Shown here piece by piece: positions 1 to 10,267 of a stretch of DNA of 64,000 bases. This DNA is from Patescibacteria group bacterium. GTDB lineage: Bacteria; Patescibacteriota; Patescibacteriia; Buchananbacterales; SURF-54. The notes under the pieces are model-generated. The model was given only the letters and a program-made list of their open reading frames with translations, made no database searches and was not told the DNA's origin. Location of the stretch: positions 18,357 through 82,356 of the forward strand of contig JAHIRB010000007.1 of assembly GCA_018818885.1 (NCBI GenBank), given 5' to 3'. Position numbers and translations under genes: made by a program. The first letter of the stretch is position 1; the number at the start of each line of letters is the position of its first letter.

Positions 1-92
1 TTTTTGTGTTAACTTACAATATCTCATTGTGGAGATAGAGCGGCCGCGCTCTTAAAACATACGAAACGCCAACTCTAAAAAGGAGGAGAACA

Positions 93-662
93 ATGAGTGA
101 GCGCGTAAGAAGACTAGGTACATTAAAATGGGAGGAAACACCCGAAATAACGATATGTACATATTCGTATGCATATACCATGGATGGAGGCGCTACAACC
201 ATAGTGCCAATGGTTCTAACTCTCGATACTGATGATATTTGGCACAACACTTTCGAAAAACTACCAAAACTTATAAAGAAGCTTCAAGGTAGTTCCCCGT
301 CCACATTTTTTCTGGAACAATGTATCTCCGACCTCGAAGTAGAATGGAAATTGACTTTTATTTTCGAAGGTCCTCCTAGAAATCTGGCTGGTTGCCTCAA
401 AGCTGCAGCCAAATTCTTGGAGAAGGAGTTCAAAAATATTCTCCATGAGGAAACGACAGTACATCTCTTATCTAAAAGTGATTCACTTCTACCTCTAAGT
501 AATCACAAGGAAACCACAGTTTGTGGAATAACATTCAATTATCGTGATGGCACGCTTGTTACAAAAAAAATTGGTGCAGATATCGACCACCCAGATGTAT
601 GTCCTGACTGCAGGGCAAAATTCAATGGGGAGTTCTGGGTAGCCGTCAAGATTGACGAATAG
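93..662 (+). CDS. Orphan hypothetical protein with C-terminal CxxC
   Basis: 189-aa ORF, AGGAGG SD upstream, terminator hairpin downstream; no family recognised. Confidence 0.7.
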   Translation: MSERVRRLGTLKWEETPEITICTYSYAYTMDGGATTIVPMVLTLDTDDIWHNTFEKLPKLIKKLQGSSPSTFFLEQCISDLEVEWKLTFIFEGPPRNLAGCLKAAAKFLEKEFKNILHEETTVHLLSKSDSLLPLSNHKETTVCGITFNYRDGTLVTKKIGADIDHPDVCPDCRAKFNGEFWVAVKIDE

Positions 663-682
663 TAAGTCAAAACACGTCTATC

Positions 683-720
683 AGAAGACCGCGACAGCAA
701 TGCCGCGGTCTTCTTCTTTT
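683..720 (+). terminator. Intrinsic terminator
   Basis: AGAAGACCGCG...CGCGGTCTTCT stem followed by T-rich tract. Confidence 0.7.
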
Positions 721-746
721 ATATTATTGACTTAACTATATTACCA

Positions 747-773
747 GTAGGTCGAGGCCTGACCCCGACCTAC
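747..773. repeat. GTAG-type REP-like palindrome
   Basis: GTAGGTCG-aggcctgacccc-CGACCTAC-type inverted repeat in an intergenic region. Confidence 0.55.
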
Positions 774-794
774 AAGTATTAAATTTAATTTTAC

Positions 795-1172
795 TTAAAT
801 CCCAAGCTTTTCTTTTATTCTTTTAACCAAATCATCTAGATCTGTTTTTGCTTTTACAAAGTATTCATAATCCCCTACTGCATTCACTTGATCTCTGCTA
901 TCTTGGCTATCTAAGTTACTTAAGACTATCACAGGAATCTTGTTTGTTTTTTCTCCGTCGTGGATCATTTGCAAAACAGAAATGCCTTCTATCTTTGGCA
1001 TTAAGATATCTAAAATCACAAAATCAGGAATATTGGTTTCTAAATAATTAATAGCTTCTTCGCCATCCATAATCTTTTTGACATCAAAACCTTCGATAGA
1101 TAATTTTTTTTCCATCAAGGCAGATATATCTGGATCATCTTCTACAAGTAATATAAGTTTTTTCTGAGACAT
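795..1172 (-). CDS. Single-domain response regulator receiver
   Basis: LLVEDD, ILDILMP phosphoacceptor Asp, VLSN, conserved Lys. Confidence 0.9.
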   Translation of the reverse strand: MSQKKLILLVEDDPDISALMEKKLSIEGFDVKKIMDGEEAINYLETNIPDFVILDILMPKIEGISVLQMIHDGEKTNKIPVIVLSNLDSQDSRDQVNAVGDYEYFVKAKTDLDDLVKRIKEKLGI

Positions 1173-1561
1173 TATTTTTTGCTTTTAGTTATATTTGGCT
1201 CTTTGCCATAATGAGGTATAACAAATTTGTTGTTTTTTATTTTAGAGATTAGTTTTTCTGACTTTATAACTACTTGATCTAGATCAGTTTGTTTTATTCC
1301 AACAACTGGAATTTTTAAGCTCCACGAAAGCGTGTTTGCAACTGTTGCTCCAATTCTTAAGGCAGTAAACGAGCCTGGTCCAATAATAACAATTATTCCT
1401 TTAAGTTTATTTAAGTTGATATTAAGTTTTTCAATTTGCTTGAGTAGTAATTCAGCTTGTTTAAACTTAGCCTTAAACTCTATTTTCTTTTTTAGTTTTT
1501 GGTTGTCTATTAGCGCTACAGTAGCTTTCGCAGAATCAGAAGTATCAATAAATAGTATCAT
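1172..1561 (-). CDS. tsaB: tRNA t6A biosynthesis protein TsaB (short form)
   Basis: MILFIDTS start and GPGSFTALRIG motif; start moved to 1561. Confidence 0.88.
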   Translation of the reverse strand: MILFIDTSDSAKATVALIDNQKLKKKIEFKAKFKQAELLLKQIEKLNINLNKLKGIIVIIGPGSFTALRIGATVANTLSWSLKIPVVGIKQTDLDQVVIKSEKLISKIKNNKFVIPHYGKEPNITKSKK

Positions 1562-1565
1562 GTTC

Positions 1566-2186
1566 TTATTTGCTAATCTTATCAATAACTACAATTTTTT
1601 TACCTTCGATGATATCATACAAAAATCTATCTGTGATATCTTGTCTATACTTAAATTCAGAAAGTGGCATAACTGTGTAATTTATTGGACGATTTAATGC
1701 ACGTTCGAACTTTTTAACGACTCTGACTAAATTTTTTTTGTTAACTTTTCCTATTAATAATAAATCTGTAGAAAAATTTTCCATCCCAACAAAAACTCCT
1801 GTCAATGCCAGATACTGTACTTGTGCAATTTTTTCTATTTCATTTATTAAATTTTTTTCAAGTAGCAATTGAGCTTTTAGAAACATTGCCTTTAACTCTG
1901 GATATATTACTGATTCAGTGTTAATCAAATAAAATTTTTTATACTGAGCAGTCTTTTTTTTACGTTGAGTATTTTTAGCAGGTTTCTTTGCTTCTACTTC
2001 GGGAATTATTTTGACTGATTTGATAATGCTAACTTTTTCTAAGTACAATACTTCTCTTCTCACAGAGTTTAGCTGTACTTTAATTTTTCTTGAAATTTCT
2101 CTTAAATAAAAAGATTTGCCCGGATTATTCAAAAGAAGCATTAAAAGTCTTACTCTAGTTTTTGAGCCAAATAATTGTTCAAGCAT
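1566..2186 (-). CDS. Winged-helix plus nucleotidyltransferase-like protein
   Basis: N-terminal HTH (YLREISR..NSVRRE), C-terminal TGVF..TDLLLIG; likely start MLEQLFGS. Confidence 0.7.
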   Translation of the reverse strand: MLEQLFGSKTRVRLLMLLLNNPGKSFYLREISRKIKVQLNSVRREVLYLEKVSIIKSVKIIPEVEAKKPAKNTQRKKKTAQYKKFYLINTESVIYPELKAMFLKAQLLLEKNLINEIEKIAQVQYLALTGVFVGMENFSTDLLLIGKVNKKNLVRVVKKFERALNRPINYTVMPLSEFKYRQDITDRFLYDIIEGKKIVVIDKISK

Positions 2187-2248
2187 ATATAGCAATATTG
2201 TTGTATTTATAGTATAATATAACCATCTTATTTGCACAATATACTTAA

Positions 2249-4486
2249 ATGTCTTCTTACATACCACAAATCAGAGAATTGATAATTGCACCGCCCGATA
2301 AAGCGGCTTCTTATTGTAAATTTTTAAATTCCTCGGTTGAATCACAGTACCATCAAAACTTTGGTTATCTTTTTGGTTTGATTGAATATGAGGGCCCAAT
2401 TGAAAGTATTGATGATTTACTCAACCAATTACTTGGGGAATTACAAAACAATTTTTATTATGATAATTACGAAAAGGATATAGATTTAGAACAGCGACTA
2501 GAAATTGCTCTGCAAAAAACTAATAGCAATTTTTTAAGAATTTTAAATGCCTCTAAAGTAAATATTGAACTAGAAAAACTAAATCTTAATATTGCACTAG
2601 TTAAAGACAAAGACTTATTTTTAATTACAGTCGGAAAAATTCCAGCACTATTAGCTCACAAAGCAACAGATAATGAATACAAAATGATTGACATTGGAGA
2701 ATCCACTTCTGGAGATAAAGCAGGTAATAAAATTGACCCTCTAAAATTATTTTCTCAAGTAATTTCTGGTAGCATTACAACAAACGATTATTTATTTTTA
2801 GCCAATACTACTGTACTAGATTATCTTTCTTTAGAAAAAATTAAAAAGATTATTACTCTAAACAAAATCGATGATGCAATTTTAGAATTAAAAAAACTGC
2901 TTGATGAAGTTAATACTGATTTTAGCATGGGGTTAGTGATTATCTCTGTTGAACCAGCGCTAAAAGATCAACCAGAAATCATCATCAAACAACTAGAAGA
3001 ATTCGAATACACAAAAGCTGCCTCTAAAGATTCAATGCACGAACTTATCAGAACCCAAAACGCTACTCAAAAAATATTAAATACATCTTATTTACCTGAT
3101 ATCAATAAATACAGAACTGTATTCAAGAGATCAATGCAACAATATTTAAATAAAGTTAGAAGTGTACCAATACCAAAAATTCCATCGATTAATAAATTGA
3201 CCTCCATGCAAAAAGCCACTCAACAAATTGAAGAAAAACAATATAGACCCACTATGCAAGACAGACTTTCTAGCATACCAAATCCTTTAAAAAGTTTTAG
3301 GATTTTTAAAAGCGTAAGGTTTAAACTGCCATCAATAAAATTTATTAAAGAAAGAACCAGACAAATGACACCAAAAAGTCGTTTACTTTTATTTGCATCT
3401 ATTGCCCTAATAGTTATTTTTGGAATTAATGTGGTTTACATTGGTGTTAAAAATAAAAATGAGACCAATGCAGAACTGGTTCGCGAAACAATGCTTGCGG
3501 TTCAAGAAAAAAATGACGAGGCCAAAGCTAGCCTGATTTATGAAGACGAAACAAAAGCAAGAAAATTACTGCTAGAAGCAAAAGAAATACTTAATGAACT
3601 AACTAGTGAAAATAAAAAAGAACCTGCCATACAAAATTTAGAACAAGAAATTGAACTGCAACTATCTAAATTAAGACATTTAGTAGAAATTAACGATCCA
3701 CTCATGCTTGCTAATTTCGAAAATGTTAATTCAGCTGCAAGTGTTGCGCCGCTAATTGTGCTGTTAGAAAATAAAATATACAGTCAGGATCATAACAACC
3801 AAGCAATTTATAAACTTGACCCAGACACAAAAAATATCACAACAATTTTTCAAGCTGATGTAAAAATTAAAAACGCAATTTCTTCTAGGCCATTTAGTAG
3901 CTCGAAAATTATATTCTTGAATGAAAACCAAACAGTTTTTGAACTCAATACAAATTCAGATACAATTAGCCAACTGGGATTGAGTATTAATCCCGGAGCT
4001 GAGGTTAACGATTTTGATGTTTATAATCAGCGCTTATATTTTATTGATAAGAAAAATAATCAAATATATAGATATCGTGAGTTAGAAGAAGGCTTTGGCT
4101 CCCCTACTGATTGGATTAAAGAAAAAGTAGATCTATCGATGGTTACTTCTTTTGCCATCGACGGACAAATATTTTTACTAAAAGAAAACGGACAAATTAC
4201 CATGCTTTTGAATGGCTTAAAGACTGATTTTGAAGTATCTGATATTGATCCAGCGCTACAAAACCCAACTAAAGTAAAAACTTTTGTTGATTCAGACTAC
4301 TTATATATTTTAGATCCCTCCAGTAGTCGCTTAGTTGTAATAGATAAAACAGGTAAACTAATTATTCAATACCACTCGAGTAGTTTTGACAATTTAAAAG
4401 ATTTTGCAGTTGACGAACGTAACGATAAGATATATCTTCTAAATGGTAATATGGTTTTTGGAATTTCTGCTAATCACTTAGAATAA
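2249..4486 (+). CDS. Membrane protein: PP2C-like N-domain, TM helix, C-terminal beta-propeller-like domain
   Basis: 745 aa; one hydrophobic segment near residues 380-400; NHL-like repeats (LYILD, DFAVD). Confidence 0.7.
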   Translation: MSSYIPQIRELIIAPPDKAASYCKFLNSSVESQYHQNFGYLFGLIEYEGPIESIDDLLNQLLGELQNNFYYDNYEKDIDLEQRLEIALQKTNSNFLRILNASKVNIELEKLNLNIALVKDKDLFLITVGKIPALLAHKATDNEYKMIDIGESTSGDKAGNKIDPLKLFSQVISGSITTNDYLFLANTTVLDYLSLEKIKKIITLNKIDDAILELKKLLDEVNTDFSMGLVIISVEPALKDQPEIIIKQLEEFEYTKAASKDSMHELIRTQNATQKILNTSYLPDINKYRTVFKRSMQQYLNKVRSVPIPKIPSINKLTSMQKATQQIEEKQYRPTMQDRLSSIPNPLKSFRIFKSVRFKLPSIKFIKERTRQMTPKSRLLLFASIALIVIFGINVVYIGVKNKNETNAELVRETMLAVQEKNDEAKASLIYEDETKARKLLLEAKEILNELTSENKKEPAIQNLEQEIELQLSKLRHLVEINDPLMLANFENVNSAASVAPLIVLLENKIYSQDHNNQAIYKLDPDTKNITTIFQADVKIKNAISSRPFSSSKIIFLNENQTVFELNTNSDTISQLGLSINPGAEVNDFDVYNQRLYFIDKKNNQIYRYRELEEGFGSPTDWIKEKVDLSMVTSFAIDGQIFLLKENGQITMLLNGLKTDFEVSDIDPALQNPTKVKTFVDSDYLYILDPSSSRLVVIDKTGKLIIQYHSSSFDNLKDFAVDERNDKIYLLNGNMVFGISANHLE

Positions 4487-4495
4487 ATTGCATAC

Positions 4496-4529
4496 AAAAA
4501 AATCTCGCTTAGGTTTGCGAGATTTTTTT
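4496..4529. terminator. Bidirectional terminator
   Basis: A-tract-TCTCGC/GCGAGA-T-tract between convergent genes. Confidence 0.75.
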
Positions 4530-4541
4530 GTATTTTTAAAA

Positions 4542-4979
4542 TTATTTCAAAGTTACTTGTCCGCCTGCTTCTTCTAACTTCTTTTTCATGTTTTCTGCTT
4601 CTTCTTTCTTTACCCCTTCTTTGATAACTGCTGGAGCAGAATCAGCTAAATCTTTAGCTTCTTTTAAACCAAGTTCTGTTACTTCTCTTACTGCTTTAAT
4701 AACACCAATTTTGTTATCACCTGTAGAAGTAAGTTCAACAGTAAATTCTGTCTTTTCTTCTGCAGCAGGTGCATCAGCACTTGCAACTGCCATAGCTACT
4801 GGAGCAGCAGCAGAAACACCAAACTTATCTTCTAAAATGCCAACTAGTTCTGCTAAATCAACTACTGACATCTTTTCGATTTCAGATACAATTGATTTAA
4901 ATTTTTCTGGAACTACTACGTCCTTTTCTTGACCTGAGTTGGTTGAAGGTTTTTCTTCCTTAGTTTTTTCGTCTGTCAT
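4542..4979 (-). CDS. rplL: 50S ribosomal protein L7/L12
   Basis: [28 protein letters not shown]. Confidence 0.97.
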   Translation of the reverse strand: MTDEKTKEEKPSTNSGQEKDVVVPEKFKSIVSEIEKMSVVDLAELVGILEDKFGVSAAAPVAMAVASADAPAAEEKTEFTVELTSTGDNKIGVIKAVREVTELGLKEAKDLADSAPAVIKEGVKKEEAENMKKKLEEAGGQVTLK

Positions 4980-5023
4980 ATTGTTTTAGTTATTATTAAT
5001 TAAATATTAGAAATTAATTATTG

Positions 5024-5548
5024 TTATTCTTTACTTTCTTTAATTGCTTGCAAAGTATATACTAGATTACTTAGGTTACCCTTTAAAGCAAAGACAAATC
5101 CAGCAATTGGTGATTTGAGTGATCCTACAACTTTAGCATATAACTCTTGTTTAGAAGGTAGTTTAGCTAGTTGTAATAAGTATGCTTCGTCTACATATTC
5201 ATTTTCTATCAATCCACCATACATTTTTAAAGATTCATGGTCTTTAGCAAAGTCAGCAATAATTTTTGCTGGTAATACTTCGTCTTCATATCCAAAAACA
5301 GTAGAAACACCACGTTCAAAACTTTTTACATCAACTTCTTTAAGCTCTGCTTTTTTAATTGCGTTTTTGAGCAAAGTCTTTTTAGTAACTTCAAGATCAA
5401 TATTTTGCTCTTCGCACTTATTTCTAAGTTCTTCTAGTTCTTTTACCGATAATTTATCAAAATTAGCAAAAACAACTGACTTAACTTTCTTTAATTTTTC
5501 TACTAAATTTTTTACTATTTCTTCTTTTTTCTGTTTAGTTTTAGCCAT
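5024..5548 (-). CDS. rplJ: 50S ribosomal protein L10
   Basis: KKTLL, LAKLPSKQEL; directly upstream of rplL. Confidence 0.96.
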   Translation of the reverse strand: MAKTKQKKEEIVKNLVEKLKKVKSVVFANFDKLSVKELEELRNKCEEQNIDLEVTKKTLLKNAIKKAELKEVDVKSFERGVSTVFGYEDEVLPAKIIADFAKDHESLKMYGGLIENEYVDEAYLLQLAKLPSKQELYAKVVGSLKSPIAGFVFALKGNLSNLVYTLQAIKESKE

Positions 5549-5566
5549 ATTATATTTAATTAATTT

Positions 5567-5660
5567 AAAAAATCTGTGGCAAATCCACAGACTAAAATTA
5601 AGGCCTTTTTCCTCGATAGGGTTATACTTTTAAGCTAATTTAGCCCCTATTGTCTGTGGA
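5567..5660 (-). ncRNA. L10 ribosomal protein leader with attenuator
   Basis: Minus strand CCACAGACAATAGG...TTAA...CCTATCGAGG, then alternative hairpin TCTGTGG/CCACAGA-TTTTT, upstream of rplJ. Confidence 0.8.
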
Positions 5661-5778
5661 AATATTTAATTAAGTATAGTTTAGCAGATTACCAGAATTT
5701 GTCAAGAAAATGTATTAGTCCAGCACATATTGGACACATAGTTATTTTTTAATAAGTAATCCACAGGAGTCTCTAAAT

Positions 5779-6062
5779 TCAGACCCCAGTGGAATCGTTT
5801 TGTATTATACCAAACCAGCCATCAGCTGATTTCCTGGTATCTGCAACTTCTGATGTTCTGCATGAATCATTTTTTATATCCTGTAGATATTCTTCTCCTT
5901 GCTTATCCTTAATCCGATCTAAAAATTTCTGCCAGCATTCCAAACATAAATCTTCGCCATCCAGAATCGTCATCCTTCCCTCTGTATCTAATTCTTTTTA
6001 AACCTGTCCAAATTAGTAAGTTGCTTTTCTTTTTTGACATATTTTTCAAATCCTTCAGACAT
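5779..6062 (-). pseudogene. Small hypothetical gene split by a frameshift
   Basis: MSEGFEKY...DRFKK from 6062 continues in the -1 frame as ELDTEGRMTILDGEDLCLECW; break at TTTAAAAAG. Confidence 0.45.
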
Positions 6063-6066
6063 AGTA

Positions 6067-6753
6067 TTAGCTAATTACTGTTCCTTTGATCTTTTTGTTA
6101 GTTAATATACTTTTAAGATTATTGAGATCACTACCCATAGCTATCACTAGAGTTAGTCCTAGTTTGTGTGATAATTTTGTAGCGATTGGATCAAAAGGCA
6201 CATGTGCACCTGGTACCCACTTATAACCAACAATTTTTTGAAAATCATTCCATTTCATTTGTTTATACTTTTTGGCATTTTTAAATTTATTTGGATCTTT
6301 GTCGTAGACATAAGATATGTTTGAAAGATTGATTAATGTCTTGGCATGAAAATTTTTAGCTATAAGTACTGCGTCTTTATCTGATGATGATCCAGGCAAG
6401 TATCCGGCGCCAACAATAATTTTTTTAGTAGTTTTGATTTTTGCTGATGGATTATGTATAACTTTTTCATATGCTAAATTTCCAAAAATTGCTCTAACTA
6501 ATTCTGCGTTAATTTTTGTTGTAGCAATCCCAACCCAATCTAAATCTATATGGGTAACTTTAGGATTGACTTTTTTTGCTGCCCCTTGATATTTTCTGCA
6601 TGTATCTCCTCCACCGCAGACAATTATTACACGATTTCCTTTTTTTACAAAATCTATAATTATCTTTTTAAAATTCTTTAAAAATTTTACATCTACGCCT
6701 TTTGGTGCAATTAGTGACCCGCCGAGTGACATTACGATAGTTTTGTTAGCCAT
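6067..6753 (-). CDS. pyrH: UMP kinase, archaeal-type
   Basis: SLGGS, VCGGG, GVY/YVYDKDP, FDPIA motifs. Confidence 0.92.
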   Translation of the reverse strand: MANKTIVMSLGGSLIAPKGVDVKFLKNFKKIIIDFVKKGNRVIIVCGGGDTCRKYQGAAKKVNPKVTHIDLDWVGIATTKINAELVRAIFGNLAYEKVIHNPSAKIKTTKKIIVGAGYLPGSSSDKDAVLIAKNFHAKTLINLSNISYVYDKDPNKFKNAKKYKQMKWNDFQKIVGYKWVPGAHVPFDPIATKLSHKLGLTLVIAMGSDLNNLKSILTNKKIKGTVIS

Positions 6754-6841
6754 AATGTATAGTTATGTTAATAAAGTTAATACGGTTGATATGTTAATAT
6801 AGAAATCGTATTAACTATATTAACTGTATCAACTACACTTC

Positions 6842-7879
6842 TCAATCTAAATACTTAGCCCTATTCGCTGCGTGACCTTCTAAATTTGATGCATAATGTA
6901 CTGTTCCGTCTTCTTCTGTTAAAAAATAATAATAACTATTTTTATCTGGATATATTGCAGCCATAATTGAAGAAAGTGATGGGTTACAAATTGGTCCTGG
7001 CGGTAATCCAATATATTTATATGTGTTGTAAGGATTATCAATTTTTGTTTCTTCTATGCTTGAACGCGTTTTACCTGTTTGGGTGAAAAAATTAATGGTA
7101 GAATCTGCCTGTAGGGGCATGTCATTATTTAATCTTTTATAAAATACTGAGGCTACTAGCTTTCTATCCTCATCTGTTGCTACTTCTTTTTCGATTATTG
7201 AAGCTAGGGTAAGAGTATCGTGAATGTTGACATTATTTATTTTGATTTGTTCTTTCATCTCAGTTGTTAATTTTTGTTCGAAATTATCTAGCATCTTTTT
7301 AACGACTGTGATTAGTTCTGCATCATGATATATTCTGTAAGTATCAGGAAATAAATACCCTTCTAACCCTTGATCTTTTGGTTTATCGAATAAAAAGTCG
7401 TAATGTTCGGAAAAATCATACAGACCCACATCTTCACCTACCTCGTAAGTTTGACCTGGTTCTCCAACTAATTTGTATAAATCATCAGCATTATACACAC
7501 CTTCTTGTTCAAAATAGTATGCAATATCGCGTGTATCCCAACCTTCAATTATTGTTATTGCACGTTCCTTGTCTTTGACTAAGCCGCCTGATAAAACTTG
7601 TGCTACTTCTTTAATACTTAAATTTTTTGCCAAATCATATTCACCACTCATTAATTTTGAACTAATACCATTTTTCCAAACATACAAAACAAAAACTTGA
7701 TTACTTTTTATAAAACCTTGTTTTTCTAATTGCTCAGCTATTTTCATACTCCCCCAGCCTGGGTGAACAATAAACTCTTCTACTTCGGAAACTTTGGAAT
7801 ATGGTGAACCAACTACATACAGATAATACAAAAAAAGTATTACAATAATAATGATGATTGTGAAAACTAATTTTCTCAT
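6842..7879 (-). CDS. mltG: Endolytic transglycosylase MltG
   Basis: EGYLFPDTY, LASIIEKE, YNTYKYIGLPPGPICNP. Confidence 0.95.
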   Translation of the reverse strand: MRKLVFTIIIIIVILFLYYLYVVGSPYSKVSEVEEFIVHPGWGSMKIAEQLEKQGFIKSNQVFVLYVWKNGISSKLMSGEYDLAKNLSIKEVAQVLSGGLVKDKERAITIIEGWDTRDIAYYFEQEGVYNADDLYKLVGEPGQTYEVGEDVGLYDFSEHYDFLFDKPKDQGLEGYLFPDTYRIYHDAELITVVKKMLDNFEQKLTTEMKEQIKINNVNIHDTLTLASIIEKEVATDEDRKLVASVFYKRLNNDMPLQADSTINFFTQTGKTRSSIEETKIDNPYNTYKYIGLPPGPICNPSLSSIMAAIYPDKNSYYYFLTEEDGTVHYASNLEGHAANRAKYLD

Positions 7880-7880
7880 G

Positions 7881-8591
7881 TTATTTTGGACCTTGCCAAT
7901 TATTTTTTACGTCTTCGTAACGCTTAAATGTTCCTGTGTCAAACCATTGGGCATTACTTTTAAAACCATATAATTTTTCATCTGATGCTAATTTAGGAAA
8001 AACATCTTTTTCAAACATGACAAAATCATTGTCTGGAATGTATTTATAAATTTCTGGTTTAAAAATATAGTAGCCTGAATTTGCGTAATTGCTAGGTGCA
8101 TTTTCTTCTGCTGGTTTTTCAATAAAATCTACAATTTTATCATCATCCATTTTTGCTATACCATAGTGTGTTACATCGTCTACCTTAGTTAAAGCTATGG
8201 TGGCGATCCCATCGTGGCTTATATGAAATTCTAACATTTTATTTAAGTCTAAAGCAAATAAATTGTCTCCGTTTATTACAATAAAATCTTCCTTTTCCTC
8301 GCATCCTATTTGCTTCATCAATACTAATGGTCCTGCAGTTCCCATTGGCTTTTCTTCTATTAGATAATTGATTTTGAGTCTAAACTTTGCACCATCACTA
8401 AAGTGTTGCTTGATCTTTTCTGCTTTGTAACCAAGGCTTAGAATGATATCGGTGATATTATACTTTTTTAAAATATCAAAAACATGCTCAGTAAGAGTTT
8501 GACCTTGCACATCTATTAATGGTTTTGGAGTTGTGTACGTAAGCGGCCTAAGACGAGTGCCTTCTCCACCTGCTAAAATTATTGCTTTCAT
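7881..8591 (-). CDS. NDP-sugar pyrophosphorylase family nucleotidyltransferase
   Basis: ILAGGEGTRLRPLT..PKPL, GTAG, WFDTGT. Confidence 0.9.
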   Translation of the reverse strand: MKAIILAGGEGTRLRPLTYTTPKPLIDVQGQTLTEHVFDILKKYNITDIILSLGYKAEKIKQHFSDGAKFRLKINYLIEEKPMGTAGPLVLMKQIGCEEKEDFIVINGDNLFALDLNKMLEFHISHDGIATIALTKVDDVTHYGIAKMDDDKIVDFIEKPAEENAPSNYANSGYYIFKPEIYKYIPDNDFVMFEKDVFPKLASDEKLYGFKSNAQWFDTGTFKRYEDVKNNWQGPK

Positions 8592-9598
8592 TTTTCTCGT
8601 TCAATTTGATCTTTAAAAATAATATCTTTAATAAATTGCCTTAATTGTGCTTCGGTTTCCGTAGTTGTGCCTAATCTTGCTTTATTGTGTTGTGCTAACG
8701 CCGGTCTTGCTTTTTTTGTTACTGTATCAGACAACCTCAGCATTTCAGTATCACCTTGCAAAACTAATCTACCTCTTGCGGCATACGACTTAACCATATC
8801 TATTATTTTATTATCTTCATAATTATCAACGATTGTTTCAAGTGCTTTTCTCACCTCCATCCAGTTATTTGAACGACGTAGTTCTTCCACACCAATATTA
8901 AACATAAATTCTAAAACTTCTGTAGCTTTTTTATCTATTTCTGCAGTTTGTTTTTTAGGATTGTATACAATATCTGGTAAATTAAGCACTGGCTCACTTA
9001 CTTGCTCTCCGTCTTTAGAAGAAAAGATAATATCACTGGTAAGTAATTCACCTATACCACCATGCTCCTTGTGTGTTTGACTAACATGTTGCGTGGCAGT
9101 AGCTAGAGCTTGAAAACGATCAATTTCATTTAATCTATCAGAGTCTATTTGATCAGAACGATAAATATCCTGCAAGGCTATGCCTTGGGTATATAGTTCC
9201 TGCTGTTTGATTTCAATCCCGTTTACATGTTCACCATAATAGTCTTGTAATCCTAACCTTTTAATGTTTTGTAACTTTTCTTCTTGATTGCCACGATATC
9301 GTTTTGTGCCAGGAGCTAAAAATTTTAAAAACCATTTTGGATGTTTTTTTAACAACTTCCATGGTTCCTCTAAAAGATGCTCATCATATGTTCTTAGTAC
9401 AGCATCACCTTTTTGATCTCCCTTTGAAACAACACCCGTTGTATCGTAAATCATTTTTTCATCCTGCATCTTTAATTTTCCACCATATATACCAACCGTG
9501 CTTTCATAATTAACATTAGGCAATCGTGACTCATTAACTGTTGACTGTACTTTTTCTTTCATACCTTCTAGAAAAGATTGTGATTCATGTTTGGACAT
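8588..9598 (-). CDS. Hypothetical protein
   Basis: 336-aa ORF translationally coupled within operon. Confidence 0.75.
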   Translation of the reverse strand: MSKHESQSFLEGMKEKVQSTVNESRLPNVNYESTVGIYGGKLKMQDEKMIYDTTGVVSKGDQKGDAVLRTYDEHLLEEPWKLLKKHPKWFLKFLAPGTKRYRGNQEEKLQNIKRLGLQDYYGEHVNGIEIKQQELYTQGIALQDIYRSDQIDSDRLNEIDRFQALATATQHVSQTHKEHGGIGELLTSDIIFSSKDGEQVSEPVLNLPDIVYNPKKQTAEIDKKATEVLEFMFNIGVEELRRSNNWMEVRKALETIVDNYEDNKIIDMVKSYAARGRLVLQGDTEMLRLSDTVTKKARPALAQHNKARLGTTTETEAQLRQFIKDIIFKDQIEREK

Positions 9599-9599
9599 A

Positions 9600-10265
9600 T
9601 TACTCTTGGTTCAATTGCATTCTAAATTTAATTAAAAAGTCGACAACTTCATATAATTTTTCTAAACCCAAAACGGTATTTTCTTTAAACTCATCAATAA
9701 TTTCATGTTGAGCTTTCTCAACAGAAAAAGCTTCTTTATAACTACGCTTTGAAAGCATTGCATCTACTTCGTCTGCAATCCTAAGCAACTCAATAGATTC
9801 TAATTGTTCATTAGTTAATTCACCGGTTGGAGAAGTATAATTGTGATGGCTTTCTATTAATGGTAATTCTTTTTCTAAGCCGAGTTTATTTTTTGCAATA
9901 CTAACGCCGTCTTCAACATGTTTACCCATTACCTCGGCAATCTGTTCTTTTGGGATTTGTACATCACTATTTAATATTTCTTGATCAATGCTAGTTTTTC
10001 CTAAATCATGGACAAGTGCAGACTTCACTAAAACATCTTTTGCTTTGTCACTGATATTAAGCTTTAGCCTCTTAACCATCTCTAAACACATTTCTGAAGT
10101 ACGTAAAGAATGATCATAACTGCCTTCGTCCCAGCCTTTTAAACTGTTGAGCTCGTCGGCAACTTCTTTTCTTTGTTCTTCATCAAAAAGCATCAAAATC
10201 TCTTGAGATATTAATTTTTCACTATTTTCTTTTTCCGCAAGTGCAGAAGAATATTCTAAATTCAT
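9600..10265 (-). CDS. HD/HD-GYP-like phosphohydrolase
   Basis: HSLR, LVHDLGK, HH, IADEVDAM..RSYK. Confidence 0.85.
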   Translation of the reverse strand: MNLEYSSALAEKENSEKLISQEILMLFDEEQRKEVADELNSLKGWDEGSYDHSLRTSEMCLEMVKRLKLNISDKAKDVLVKSALVHDLGKTSIDQEILNSDVQIPKEQIAEVMGKHVEDGVSIAKNKLGLEKELPLIESHHNYTSPTGELTNEQLESIELLRIADEVDAMLSKRSYKEAFSVEKAQHEIIDEFKENTVLGLEKLYEVVDFLIKFRMQLNQE

Positions 10266-10267
10266 AA

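Noticed and set aside
4588-5633. Long antisense ORFs over rplL/rplJ (and similar ones over secA, pyrG, S41)
   Set aside because: Shadow ORFs of conserved genes with no independent coding signal.
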